A DNA stretch of 32,609 nt, from assembly GCA_001275005.1 (NCBI GenBank), contig JWZX01002124.1:1-32609 (forward strand), read 5' to 3'. Position numbers and translations under genes: made by a program. This document shows, one piece after another, positions 17,205 through 27,093 of this stretch (positions are counted from its first letter, which is position 1; each line of letters opens with the position of its first letter). Under the pieces are notes generated by a model that saw only the letters and a list, made by a program, of their open reading frames with translations, ran no database searches and had not been told where the DNA came from. Origin of the DNA: Chrysochromulina tobinii (Eukaryota).

Positions 17205-19061
17205 ATGTCAGACGCGACGTCCCTTCCTCCGCTGCCGCTGGCGCCTGCGGATCCTGACAGCGTCAAGGAGGCCACTGTGTCCTCGGCCACCGCCCAAGCG
17301 CAGGCTCAGCGCCCATCGGCGGTCGAACAGGCATACCGCAACACGATCGCGCCTCCGGGACGAACACGCACAGTTGCGAGGCCGAGCAAGCAGGGCGGCA
17401 GCGCGGCGGTGGGGACGGCAGAGCCCAGCGCGAGCGCTATCGCAGCATCCAAAGCTACCGATGGTATGTTAGCGGCATCCAAAGCTACCGATGGTATGTG
17501 CGACCCAGCGGTGGCGACGGCGACCGCGACGCGGCATCGACAGCCTTCCGCCTCGCCGTCTGCGTCCGCCCTCAGCAGCGCTGGCGATGTATCGTCCGCC
17601 CTGAAGGCGGCCGTCATGGTCGAGGCGGATGCGCGCGAGCACCTGCGCAAGATGCGCGCAAAGGTGCAGCGCGAGCTTGCGCGTGCCACGTCGATGGCGG
17701 CGCTCGAGGATCTGCGCGAGCGCAAGCGGCAGGAGGGGGTGAACACTCGAGCTGATTTCGAACGACAGGTCGGTCGCGACGTGACGCGCAAGATCGCCGA
17801 GGACCTGGCACAGGGCAAGGTGGAGCCTGCGACGGAAGAGGAGTTGCGCCGTCTCTCAGAACAGTTCAACCGGAGGCTGAAGGATCTGTACCCTGACGCC
17901 GAGGTGACGCCCAACTTCTTCACGCTGTTCAAGCACATCGACGTGGATGGCTCGCGCCGCGTCTCGTTTAGAGAGCTGACGATGCTCATCCGGGTCGAGC
18001 TGCGCCTGTCCAAGGTGATTGCCACTGTAGCCACTGATTGCCACTGATTGCGCTCGTCCGAGGCGGCGCTTCCACTCTCGAAGCTGCATGCGCATCTCTG
18101 AGTGCATGCTGATTGCTTCCTTCATCAGGCGACGCTCCCGCTCTCGAAGCTGCACGCACTCTGGGCGAAGCTTGATGAGAACGGGAGTGGGTTCGTGGAC
18201 GCAGGCGAGCTGGGGCGCTTCATGCGGCTAGGGCTGCCCGAGGCGAGCGCCGGCAGCCGCACGCGCACCCTGCTCGAGAAGCGTGCGGGGCGGAAGGCGC
18301 TGCTCGCGGAGCTCGCGGACCGCTCAGGCGAGGCTCTGACCCGCAAACTTCAAAAGGAGCACGTCCCGCCGGCGACCAAAGCCGAGCTCCTCCAGATGTC
18401 AGCGCTCTTCAATGCACAGATGGCGGCGCTTCAAACACGCGATGCGGGCGGGAACAGCTTCTATCGGCTGTTCAAGTACATGGACATGGACGACTCGGGA
18501 CGTGTCTCGTTCAAGGAGTTCAAGTTGATGATCCGCGATGAGCTCGAGGTGAGCTCCGCCGAGCTGCCGCACGTAAAGCTGCTCGGGCTGTGGAGGGCGC
18601 TCGATCACGACGAGAGCGGGTACATCTGTGCAGGCGAGTTCGGCCGCTTCATGAACCTCAAGGGCCGTGCCAGAGCCGAGGCCGCCAGCCCATACGCCAC
18701 CAACAATGCGACGAAGCGAGAGGCGAAGAATAATGAGATCAGGCGATTGGAGAAGGAGTGGCAGCTGCAGGCGGCACGGCGGGCAGAGGCGACTGCCGCG
18801 GCGCTCGCCTCTGAAGCACACCGGCTCGAGAGCGCTCTTTTCGCCGCCGCCGCTGCCAAGACGCCCGCCGTTAAGAGCCGAGGTCCCCACGACGATGCGC
18901 CGCTCACGCTGCCGCAGATCTCGCCCAACGGCTCGCGCACGCAGACGTTCACCAACGGCCTGTCGCCGTCGTCGGCGAGCACGGGTGCGCTCGAGACCAA
19001 TGCCGCGCTCCACAAGCTCGCTCGCTCGACGCTTGCCCACGGCCACGGCCGAGGGCGGTGA
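17205..19061 (+). CDS. EF-hand repeat protein (two modules, each with an EF-hand pair). Exons 17205-18014 and 18129-19061 (about 580 aa)
   Basis: Loops DVDGSRRVSFRE, DENGSGFVDAGE, DMDDSGRVSFKE, DHDESGYICAGE. After splicing (LRLSK|ATLPLSKL), module 1 aligns without a gap to module 2 (ELEVSSAELPHVKLLGLW). Confidence 0.88.
18015..18128 (+). other. Spliceosomal intron (114 nt), repeat-family type, containing a copy of the spliced exon junction
   Basis: aag|GTgattgccactg...ctgagtgcatgctgattgcttccttcatcAG|gcg. Contains an in-frame TGA. Removal gives the correct EF-module spacing. Confidence 0.88.
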
Positions 19062-19201
19062 GGAACAGGCTCGCGAGACGCTTGCCCACGGCCGAAGGCG
19101 GTGGAGGACGCAGCGAAGAGCGACTATTGTACTACGCATATCTGAAAAATGAAGAATGTCTTTTTTCATTCACAGCCGATTCACACGACCAGCCACACCC
19201 G

Positions 19202-22200
19202 ATGTGGACCGCCGACAGCGGGCTGCTGCGCGCGCTGCAAGGGCTTGGCGTCGAGAAGGAGCTCACCTGGGTGGATCGTACCATCGCGCGGCAGCGCAAG
19301 CTGCAGCACCCGGTCGAGCAGCGCAAGCTGCCGCCGCCAACGGCGCCGGCACGCGCACCGCCATGGGCGCCAGCACCAATACCACTCACGCCGACCACCT
19401 TTTCTGGTGCCCTCGACCGGCTTGAGCGCGTGCTCGGCGTCACGACAGACGTGCAGTCGACACCGTGCGTGCGGCCGTCGGTCGCGAAGGAGCCAGCGAC
19501 AACGCCGCACGACTTTTTGGATATGTCCATGCTACGGCCGCACCAGGTGCAGCTGCCGCTGAGCACAGAGCCGAGCCCGCCGAGCACATCGCCCACCATC
19601 CATCCGATGCGCGGCTCGAGACGCAGCTCCATTCCAGCCTCGGCCGAAGTGCCACGCAACCGCGCCCGCCCGTTCGGCAGCAGTGTCACCTTCAGCAGCT
19701 CGCCGCCGCAGCTCTTTGATACGGTCGACGCTGACAGTGACTCTGACAAAGACAATGACGTCGACAATGACGTCGTCGATACTGACGCCATCGATACCGG
19801 CGGTGGCTTCGATTCGGACCGCATCTCAGCAATGCCGTCCTTTGGGATGGCACGAAGCGACGCGGCCGTTGGCTTGAGTGGCGGCGAGGACGGCAGTGGC
19901 GGTGGCAGCTGTCGGCCGATGCATGAGCGTTCACGACGACCTCTACCGTCGCCCGCGCTGCCTTTGTGGACACCCTCGCAGCCGCCTTCGTCGGCGCCCT
20001 CGCCCCACCTGCGCGGGATCGCCGAGCGTACGGGATGGGGCGCATTGCCGGGCGCCGAACGCACACAGCGGACTCTCCTCTCCCAACTCGTCTCTCCCGC
20101 GCCGCCGCTGCCGAGCCAGCCAAACGCAACTCGGCGTCGAAACTGGGCGCCCAACCCGGCGCCCAGCCCGGCGCCCGACACGGCGCCCGACACGGCGCCC
20201 GACACGGCGCGAAACCCGACGGCCTTCGACCCTCGTAACGGCTTTCGTAACGGCTCGTCATCGAGCGCAGCTGCTGCGACGGGCGGTCTGGCTGCCACCA
20301 ACGCTGCCGAAGCCACTGCCCTCGCGACCGCCACACCCGCGCCGCGTCGTTCTCAGTGTGCCACCCCGCCCCCAACGCCCGCACCCGTAGCCGCGCTGTA
20401 CCGGGCTCTCCTCGACCGACGAGAAGCCGCCAACTGCAACGCCACCACCACCGACGCCACCGCCAATGCTGCCGCCACTGCCGCCGCCAGCACCAACGCC
20501 AGCACCGGCGCCAGCACCGGCGCCAATCGCTTTGATGAGTGGGCTGCGCGCGCAGCCTCGGTGTCTGGAGACTTGCGCGGCGGCGGCGGGGGGGGGGCAG
20601 CGCACTTGAGAGCGCACTCAGGTGGCGGCGGGGAGGGGGCAGCGCACTTGAGAGCGTACTCGGCTCCATCGATGAGGACCCCGTGCGCTCGCGCGCTCGA
20701 CAGCATCGACGCATCGACCGCCACAGAGGCCGCCACAGAGGCCGCCACGGAGGCCGAAGCGCCGGCAACCGAAGGGACCGGCAGCTGCTCTACCAAGGTG
20801 TCGGTAGAAGGGGCCGTGAGCACGACCGAGGGTTTGGGCGCGGATCGCGAGGCGCGACTGCGCGAGCGTGAGGCGGCTCTGGAGCGCTTGAATGCGCAGC
20901 TGGCACTCGACTTTGAGTATGTGCTAGGCGAGCTTGACGCGCGGCTCGATGCGAAAAAGGCGCAGCTGCGCGACGAGCACGCGGAGCTTCAACGGCTTCA
21001 GACTAAGCTTGACGTGCGCGAGAGGCAGCTGCAAGGGCGCGAGCAGACGGTTCGAGTTCTCTTGGACGGCGGTGGGCATGAGATGACGCCCGCGACGGCG
21101 GCAGCGCGCCATCGGTTCGAGAAGGCGAAGCGCGAGCTCGCCTCCTTACCCGCATCGCCCACGGCAGCGCTCCTTGGCACAGCGAGTGAGGTCGATGCGA
21201 ACGCACTCGCAGCTGATGGGGCAGCGCCAGCAGGGGCGGCAGCAGCGGGCTCGTTCGAGGCCGTGCTCGCCTTACTTGAGCAGGTCGCCACTCACCTTAG
21301 CAGCACAGCGATGGACGGCGTGGGTGCCGGCAGTGTGGCGGCAGTGGCGCCTCCTTTGGCCGCATACGACTCCGCGTCGTCGATAGCCTCGTCCACGCTC
21401 CCTGTGCATGCCATCGGAGACCGAGGGCGCCGTATCGAGCACATGCCGAGGTCCCCAGGCCGGCGAACCGGAGACAGCGCTCTCGGCGCTCTCGGTGCCC
21501 ACCACGGCGCTCACGGCGCTCACGGCGTCCTCGGTGGTGGCCTGGGCGGCGGCGGCGGCCTGGGCGGCGGCGCGATGGGTGGCAAGGAAGGCAATGCGGC
21601 GGTGCATGCGACGATTGACCTGCAACTTGTGCAGCAAGAAAGTGTCACCTCGAAGATGTACACGCTCGCCTCCTACTTACGGCTGCTGCACGCGGGGTGG
21701 GGCGGCGCTACGGGCGCCGCCTCGGGCGCCGTCCCTACCGTGGCGGCGCCCGGGGCAGCGCCCTCGGCGGTCGTCGGTGATCGCGCGGAAGCGACAGCTC
21801 ATCTGAGCGCCGTCACGAGCGCTCGCTGCGGCGCTGTTGTGGGCGAGGCTGGCGGTGGCGCTGTTGTGGGACCGTCTTTGTGCCCACCTCCACTTGTGCC
21901 TCCGCCGCTACCTGTGGCAGGGGCAGCAGCGGCGGGGGCAGCAGCGCCGCACGCGCCGCCGCCGCCACCGCCACCGCCACCGCCACCGCTACAGCCACTA
22001 CTGCCGGGGGCAGCGCCGCCGCTCGCGCCACCGCCTCTGCCCACAGCGCTGGTGCCTCCGCCGCCTCCGCCGCCTCTGACGGGTGTGCCACCACCGCCGC
22101 CGCCGCCGCCGATGCCTGGTGCGCAGCCCGGTGCGTCGACCGGTGTGCCACCCCCTCCTCTCCCCGGTCTGCCCGGTGCGCCGCCCGGTATGCCGCCTGC

Positions 22201-23722
22201 CGCCGTGTCGAGCGGCCCACAGCGGCCACCGCTCCGGCCGGTACACTGGATGCAGCTCCCGCCGGCCAAGCTTGCAGGATCGGTGTGGGCCACGTTGGAT
22301 GTGAACGCTGTGCACGTCGATGAGGAAGCTACACGAACGCTCTTCGCGGCGCGTGTGCCGCCCTCGAAGCGCCCTTCCACAGGGGCCGCCCGCCACGCAG
22401 CCTCCTGCGACAGCATCGCAGACACTTCTGAGGCTGCTGGCCTCGGAGGCAGCAGCGGTGGCGGCGGGGGCGAGGGGGGACGTACGAGCAGCTTCGCGGG
22501 CGGCGCCGCACAGCGCGGGACGACGCCCACGCTGCACGTGCTGAGCTTGCCGCGCGCGAACAACGTCGGCATCTTCCTACGCAAGAGTTTGACTTGGAAG
22601 GGCGTCTCGATGGTACGCCGCGCGGGCGACCCGCAGATCGGCGGCAGCAGCAGCAGCAGCGGCGGCGGAGGCGGCGGCGGCGGCGGCGGCAACGGCAGCG
22701 GCGGTGGCGGCGGTGTGCCTGAGCTATGCGCGGCCATCGTTCGATTGGATCTGATGCTGGCCGAGCCGGAGATGCTCGATGCGGTCCTCTCGAACCTACC
22801 CCCCGAAAGCGAGGCGGAGCAGCTACGTGCACTCTCATTGCCCCCGGAGCAGCTCACGCCGCCCGAGCGATTCTGCTTTGAGATGGCGCGCCTGCCGCGC
22901 CTGCGCCCGCGCCTGCACGCGCTGCGCCAGCGCCAGAGCCTGCCGGAAAAGCTCGGACGTGCCACGACGGCGCTCGGCGCGGTCGCCGAAGCCGCGAGGG
23001 CTCTTATGGAGAGCAGTCTCTTTCGACGACTGCTCGCTTCCATCCTGCGCCACGGCAACGTGCTCAACGAGAACACGGCGCGGGCTGGGGCGCGTGGCGT
23101 GCGCCTCGACGGGCTCGAAAAGGCTCGCGCTGTCAAGTCCGCGGAAGGCCAGACGTCTCTGCTGGAGTACGCGTGCGCGGCCGCGAGGGTCCCCCTTGAG
23201 CAGCTGCAGGTCGAGTTGAGCACCGTGCGGCTGGCGATTCAGATGCCGTTGCCCGAGGTGCTGCGGTTCGTCAAGGAGGTTGAGGACAGCGTGGATGCTG
23301 TCAGCCAGGAGCTCGCACTCTGTCCAATCGCCGACCTTGAGGCCGACGTCGCCGCCGGCGCGCAGCAGTCGCTCGAGGCGCCCGAGACGGCGCCGATCGG
23401 GACCGACGGTATCGCCGCCGCCACCCAGGAGGCGGCGGCGGCAGCGGCGGCTAAGGTGGCGGGAGCGGTCGCCGCGCGGCGCGGCGAGAGCCCTGACGAG
23501 CAACAGCTGGCCTTGCGCTTTCGTTGGGTAATGGAGCCTTTCCTGGCCGAGATGCGATCTGGGTTGGTGGAGCTCACGACTCGGCGCGCCGAGACGAGCG
23601 CGCTGCTGCGCAAGCTTGCGGTGTGGTTGGGGGAGGACCCCGCACAGGCGAACCCAGACGCAATGCTCACCGCGTGCGCCGAGCTTGTGGACACGGGCGA
23701 CCGCGATGGCCTTTCGACCTGA
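19202..23722 (+). CDS. Formin (FH1 polyproline + FH2) with long low-complexity/coiled-coil N-terminus; may extend to 23819 via a frameshift
   Basis: Polyproline runs at about 21880-22200. FH2 motifs LRPVHWMQLP...GSVW, RANNVGIFL, PERFCFEMARLPRLRPRL, ILRHGNVLN...ARGVRLDGLEKARAVKS...SLLEY, WLGED. First ATG 19202. Confidence 0.9.
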   Translation: MWTADSGLLRALQGLGVEKELTWVDRTIARQRKLQHPVEQRKLPPPTAPARAPPWAPAPIPLTPTTFSGALDRLERVLGVTTDVQSTPCVRPSVAKEPATTPHDFLDMSMLRPHQVQLPLSTEPSPPSTSPTIHPMRGSRRSSIPASAEVPRNRARPFGSSVTFSSSPPQLFDTVDADSDSDKDNDVDNDVVDTDAIDTGGGFDSDRISAMPSFGMARSDAAVGLSGGEDGSGGGSCRPMHERSRRPLPSPALPLWTPSQPPSSAPSPHLRGIAERTGWGALPGAERTQRTLLSQLVSPAPPLPSQPNATRRRNWAPNPAPSPAPDTAPDTAPDTARNPTAFDPRNGFRNGSSSSAAAATGGLAATNAAEATALATATPAPRRSQCATPPPTPAPVAALYRALLDRREAANCNATTTDATANAAATAAASTNASTGASTGANRFDEWAARAASVSGDLRGGGGGGAAHLRAHSGGGGEGAAHLRAYSAPSMRTPCARALDSIDASTATEAATEAATEAEAPATEGTGSCSTKVSVEGAVSTTEGLGADREARLREREAALERLNAQLALDFEYVLGELDARLDAKKAQLRDEHAELQRLQTKLDVRERQLQGREQTVRVLLDGGGHEMTPATAAARHRFEKAKRELASLPASPTAALLGTASEVDANALAADGAAPAGAAAAGSFEAVLALLEQVATHLSSTAMDGVGAGSVAAVAPPLAAYDSASSIASSTLPVHAIGDRGRRIEHMPRSPGRRTGDSALGALGAHHGAHGAHGVLGGGLGGGGGLGGGAMGGKEGNAAVHATIDLQLVQQESVTSKMYTLASYLRLLHAGWGGATGAASGAVPTVAAPGAAPSAVVGDRAEATAHLSAVTSARCGAVVGEAGGGAVVGPSLCPPPLVPPPLPVAGAAAAGAAAPHAPPPPPPPPPPPLQPLLPGAAPPLAPPPLPTALVPPPPPPPLTGVPPPPPPPPMPGAQPGASTGVPPPPLPGLPGAPPGMPPAAVSSGPQRPPLRPVHWMQLPPAKLAGSVWATLDVNAVHVDEEATRTLFAARVPPSKRPSTGAARHAASCDSIADTSEAAGLGGSSGGGGGEGGRTSSFAGGAAQRGTTPTLHVLSLPRANNVGIFLRKSLTWKGVSMVRRAGDPQIGGSSSSSGGGGGGGGGGNGSGGGGGVPELCAAIVRLDLMLAEPEMLDAVLSNLPPESEAEQLRALSLPPEQLTPPERFCFEMARLPRLRPRLHALRQRQSLPEKLGRATTALGAVAEAARALMESSLFRRLLASILRHGNVLNENTARAGARGVRLDGLEKARAVKSAEGQTSLLEYACAAARVPLEQLQVELSTVRLAIQMPLPEVLRFVKEVEDSVDAVSQELALCPIADLEADVAAGAQQSLEAPETAPIGTDGIAAATQEAAAAAAAKVAGAVAARRGESPDEQQLALRFRWVMEPFLAEMRSGLVELTTRRAETSALLRKLAVWLGEDPAQANPDAMLTACAELVDTGDRDGLST

Positions 23723-24196
23723 TCCCGTCGCGGGTCCGGAGAGTGCTCGTGCAGAGAGTGCTCGTCAGGAGGTAGCGGAACCTGCAGAGGTCGACGAGCA
23801 TGCGGATGAATATTTCTGAGCACGCCACCGTGCGGCAGTGTTGCGCAGGCCGCTCGCGGCACCGGAGCGACCGTCAAGGTGCGTCTAGCCGCGCGCGTGG
23901 GGTCTAGTACAACTGAACTGTGTAGTTGTGTAGAACTATAGCGCACTGCCTCAATTGAGTTTAGCCGAATGCCCGAATCAACAGATGCTCTAGTATGCCT
24001 GCCATGCGGTGATGGCGGCGTCATTTTCTCTGGACGAATCGCGCCATGGCGAGCGTCCGCGGCGGACGTTCTTTTTAACTGATAACTGATAACTAATCAG
24101 TTATAAACGTCCGAGAATAATAACGTCCTTGGATATTTTGAGACCTCGTCGCACTCGGCAGCCGGGCGTCAAAGCTTCGTGCGATCGCCACGCGAG

Positions 24197-25913
24197 ATGA
24201 AGGCCGTCTCCTCGCCCGCGGGCAAGCCCGACGCCCGCGATTGCACAGGCCTGTGCAGCTCGAACTTTCTGGAAGGCCTGGCCGAAATCATGGGCTGTGG
24301 AGCTGTACGCAAGCATCCTAAGCGGGCTGCTGTGGACCCGGCCTGCAGCCAGGCGCATGATACAGATAGCGGCAAGGCGATCGCAGAAGAGGGGAATCGC
24401 TTGGGAGCGCCGCATCAGATCCATCTGGAGACGCGCTCTCTCGAGCCAAGCAGCTCCGTGCGCGTGCAGAGGATGTCCTCCACGTCCGCCGCCACCGATT
24501 TCGACAGCGCAAGTTCTCCTGCTCGCCGCACCAGCTCGCGCCCTAAGCGAGAGCATACTCACAAACTTGGGGGTGATGGGAGTGACAAGGGCTACGGCAG
24601 CAGCGGCGACGAGGTCGAGCTGGGCGAGAAGCGCCGCCGCTTCGTTTGGACCGCTGAATTGCACCAGCGCTTTGAAGAAGCGGTGCGCCAGCTCGGCTTG
24701 GCATCCGCAAAGCCGCAGGCCATCTGGCAGCTTATGGACTGTGGTTCAGAGAGCGACGCTCCCACGCGCAAAAACGTCAAGTCGCACTGGCAAAAGTACC
24801 GGGTCGCCCATGGTTGCCCCACGGTGCACGCGACCTCCGCGAACTCCCTCCCTGGCCCCCACCTTGCCCCCTGTTTTGCGGGACGAGTAGTACTCCTTCC
24901 TCTCAACTCTCCCTCCCATGCGGCCATCTGACGCGCAGGATATGCCGGAGGAGCAGCCGGCCGAAAAGCTGTTCGAGACGCAGGGCATCTCTACAGCTTT
25001 CGCCCAAATCGACGACGCCGAGCCCCCCCGTGTTCCCGTCACTTCCGAGCTCGCCTCCTGTATTCGCGCTGCAGCCAAGCCGCCCCCACCACCTATGGGG
25101 GACACGGCGACCATCGCAAGTTCAATCCTGAGCCAGCAGTATCAGGCGACGCTCGCGCAGCTTCCGACGCATGTGAAGGTGGATGAGCATCTAGACAGGC
25201 AGAGGGTACACCAGGCCAGACTGGCGGGGATACTTGCAGGCAAGTCGAACGCAACCTTGAGCCCCATCATGAGCAAGGAGCAGGTCACACGCCTCGCCCA
25301 CCATGTGACGATCCGGCGCAACTTGCTGCAGCACATGTGCCGGATGCTGCACGCGCAGGAACTGGACGCCGCGCAGTACGATGCCAAGGCCTCCTTGCTC
25401 TTCGCAGCGGACGAAATGGTCGACTCGCCAAAGATGGGCGAGGATCTCATGAGTACTTCATACACGACCACCTCGCCCTTCTTATACCGTTCGACGAGCT
25501 CCGCCACCTCGGCCACCTCATACCCCTCGACGAGCTCGACGCCGCCACCCGAGGCAGAGTCAATCGTGATGACGGACGAGACTAAGTTGATGCGCATGTC
25601 AGAGGCCGAGGCGGCGAGACAGCGGGCCCTGGCAGAAGCTTTGGCAGCTCTTCCAGTGCTGCCAGCGCCCGCGTCACATGATCAATTCAATGTCCAATTT
25701 TTCGGCGACATCCATTCGTTCGATGAGCTGACACCGGGCGACGTGACCAGCTCCGCCGCCAAAGTCATTCTCCAAGAACTCGAGGAGCTCGGGATCGAAG
25801 CGCTCGCGATCGAGGAGCTCGGGGTCGAGGAGGCAGCTTGGGATCCGTCAATCAGCACGGGATTGAGTAGCTCAGGGATCCAGATCCAGGAGCCCTTTGG
25901 CATCCTGACATGA
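24197..25913 (+). CDS. GARP/G2-like (SHAQKYF-class) MYB transcription factor, two exons (intron about 24803-24938)
   Basis: KRRRFVWTAELHQRFEEAVRQLGLASAKPQAIWQLM...TRKNVKSHWQKYR. A phase-0 GT at 24803 (or 24824), a pyrimidine-rich tract, a ctgac branch-like motif and CAG at 24938 join the ORF in frame to the 24918-25913 ORF. Confidence 0.82.
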
Positions 25914-27093
25914 AGATGTGTTAAAATAGTCAACAAGACAAACAGAGACACGCGACACGCACCGCACAGCAGATACAACCACACCACTCGCCAGTCCGCG
26001 CCCGCGGACGGTCCCGTCGCCGTCCCCGGGACCCTCGCGCCTCGGCCGCTCGGGCGGTCCGAGTGTGCAACGGACCCAGGCCCGTCCGCGGTGACGAGCA
26101 CGAGTCCCTGAGGGGCCTGAGCGGTTCATGGCGATGGCGCAACCTTCTAGAAACGTCGACTTGGCTACATGTATTGATGTATACATGTCGCCATTAGTTA
26201 ACGTGTTTACCAACAAAGTGACAACAAAGTGGACTCTTCTAGTGGACTCCGAATTTGCTATTATCCATTAATTTAGGCATTATGATTATCGTGGGGCCGA
26301 GCAATAACGTATTCAAGTATCTAACGTAAGAATACTCTCGACTAGAACGATTGCCAATACTGAATACAAGTAGGCATTAAGACTAGAACATTAAGGCATC
26401 AGAGATGCATCAGTGGAGACGTCTGGAAGATCGGCAGACACCAGGCAGCGCAGGGCCCGGCTTCCCGGCCTGCCGTCGATACACATGATGTACTTATCTT
26501 CATTGGCCGGCAAGACGGCGGGTTCATCGAGAAAGTCTCGAAGAAAGTCAAAGTGGAATATGGCCTAGTCGATGGCTTCGGGCTAGGCAGCGGTTAATTA
26601 AGGGGCCAAACGGCCATTTACATGCAACCATGACGAAATGCCGTCCGGAAAATAGAGCCATACGGCTTCGAGTATAACGAGTTCCGCGCACCAACGTGCC
26701 GCGCTGTGACTGCTGTGCCCTGTGCGGGCTGTGGGTATTTTAGCGGTAACGCGAGATCGGAGATGACGGGGTGGCTGCTGTTCAGGGCTCGACGAAATGA
26801 CCCGCATCAACGCCAGGCAACGCCCGAGGCCCCAGCAGTACGCACCGTACGAGTTGTACACCCACACGACACACTGCGACCCACGAGCCGACGAGGCACC
26901 GCACGAGCGCACGTCGGACGTCCGCACAGGCGGCGGGGTCCCGCGGTCCCCGGCCATATTTGGCTGGGTAGCTTGTTATAGTAAGTTATATTTACGAATC
27001 TCTCTCGCTAACACGCAGGGAGCAGCGGGACGATGCACGGCACAAACCTGTAGCCATACGATAGGCCAAGAAGTACGAAACACAAGCAGGCCG

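Noticed and set aside
19058..19201. Formin ORF extension overlapping the EF-hand stop codon
   Set aside because: It starts at a non-ATG codon and runs through a duplicated stop region and an AT-rich spacer. ATG 19202 is more plausible.
24803..24938. MYB-gene intron as a member of the TGATTGC intron family
   Set aside because: It lacks the shared 31-nt 3' end and any copy of flanking exon, and looks like an ordinary pyrimidine-rich intron.
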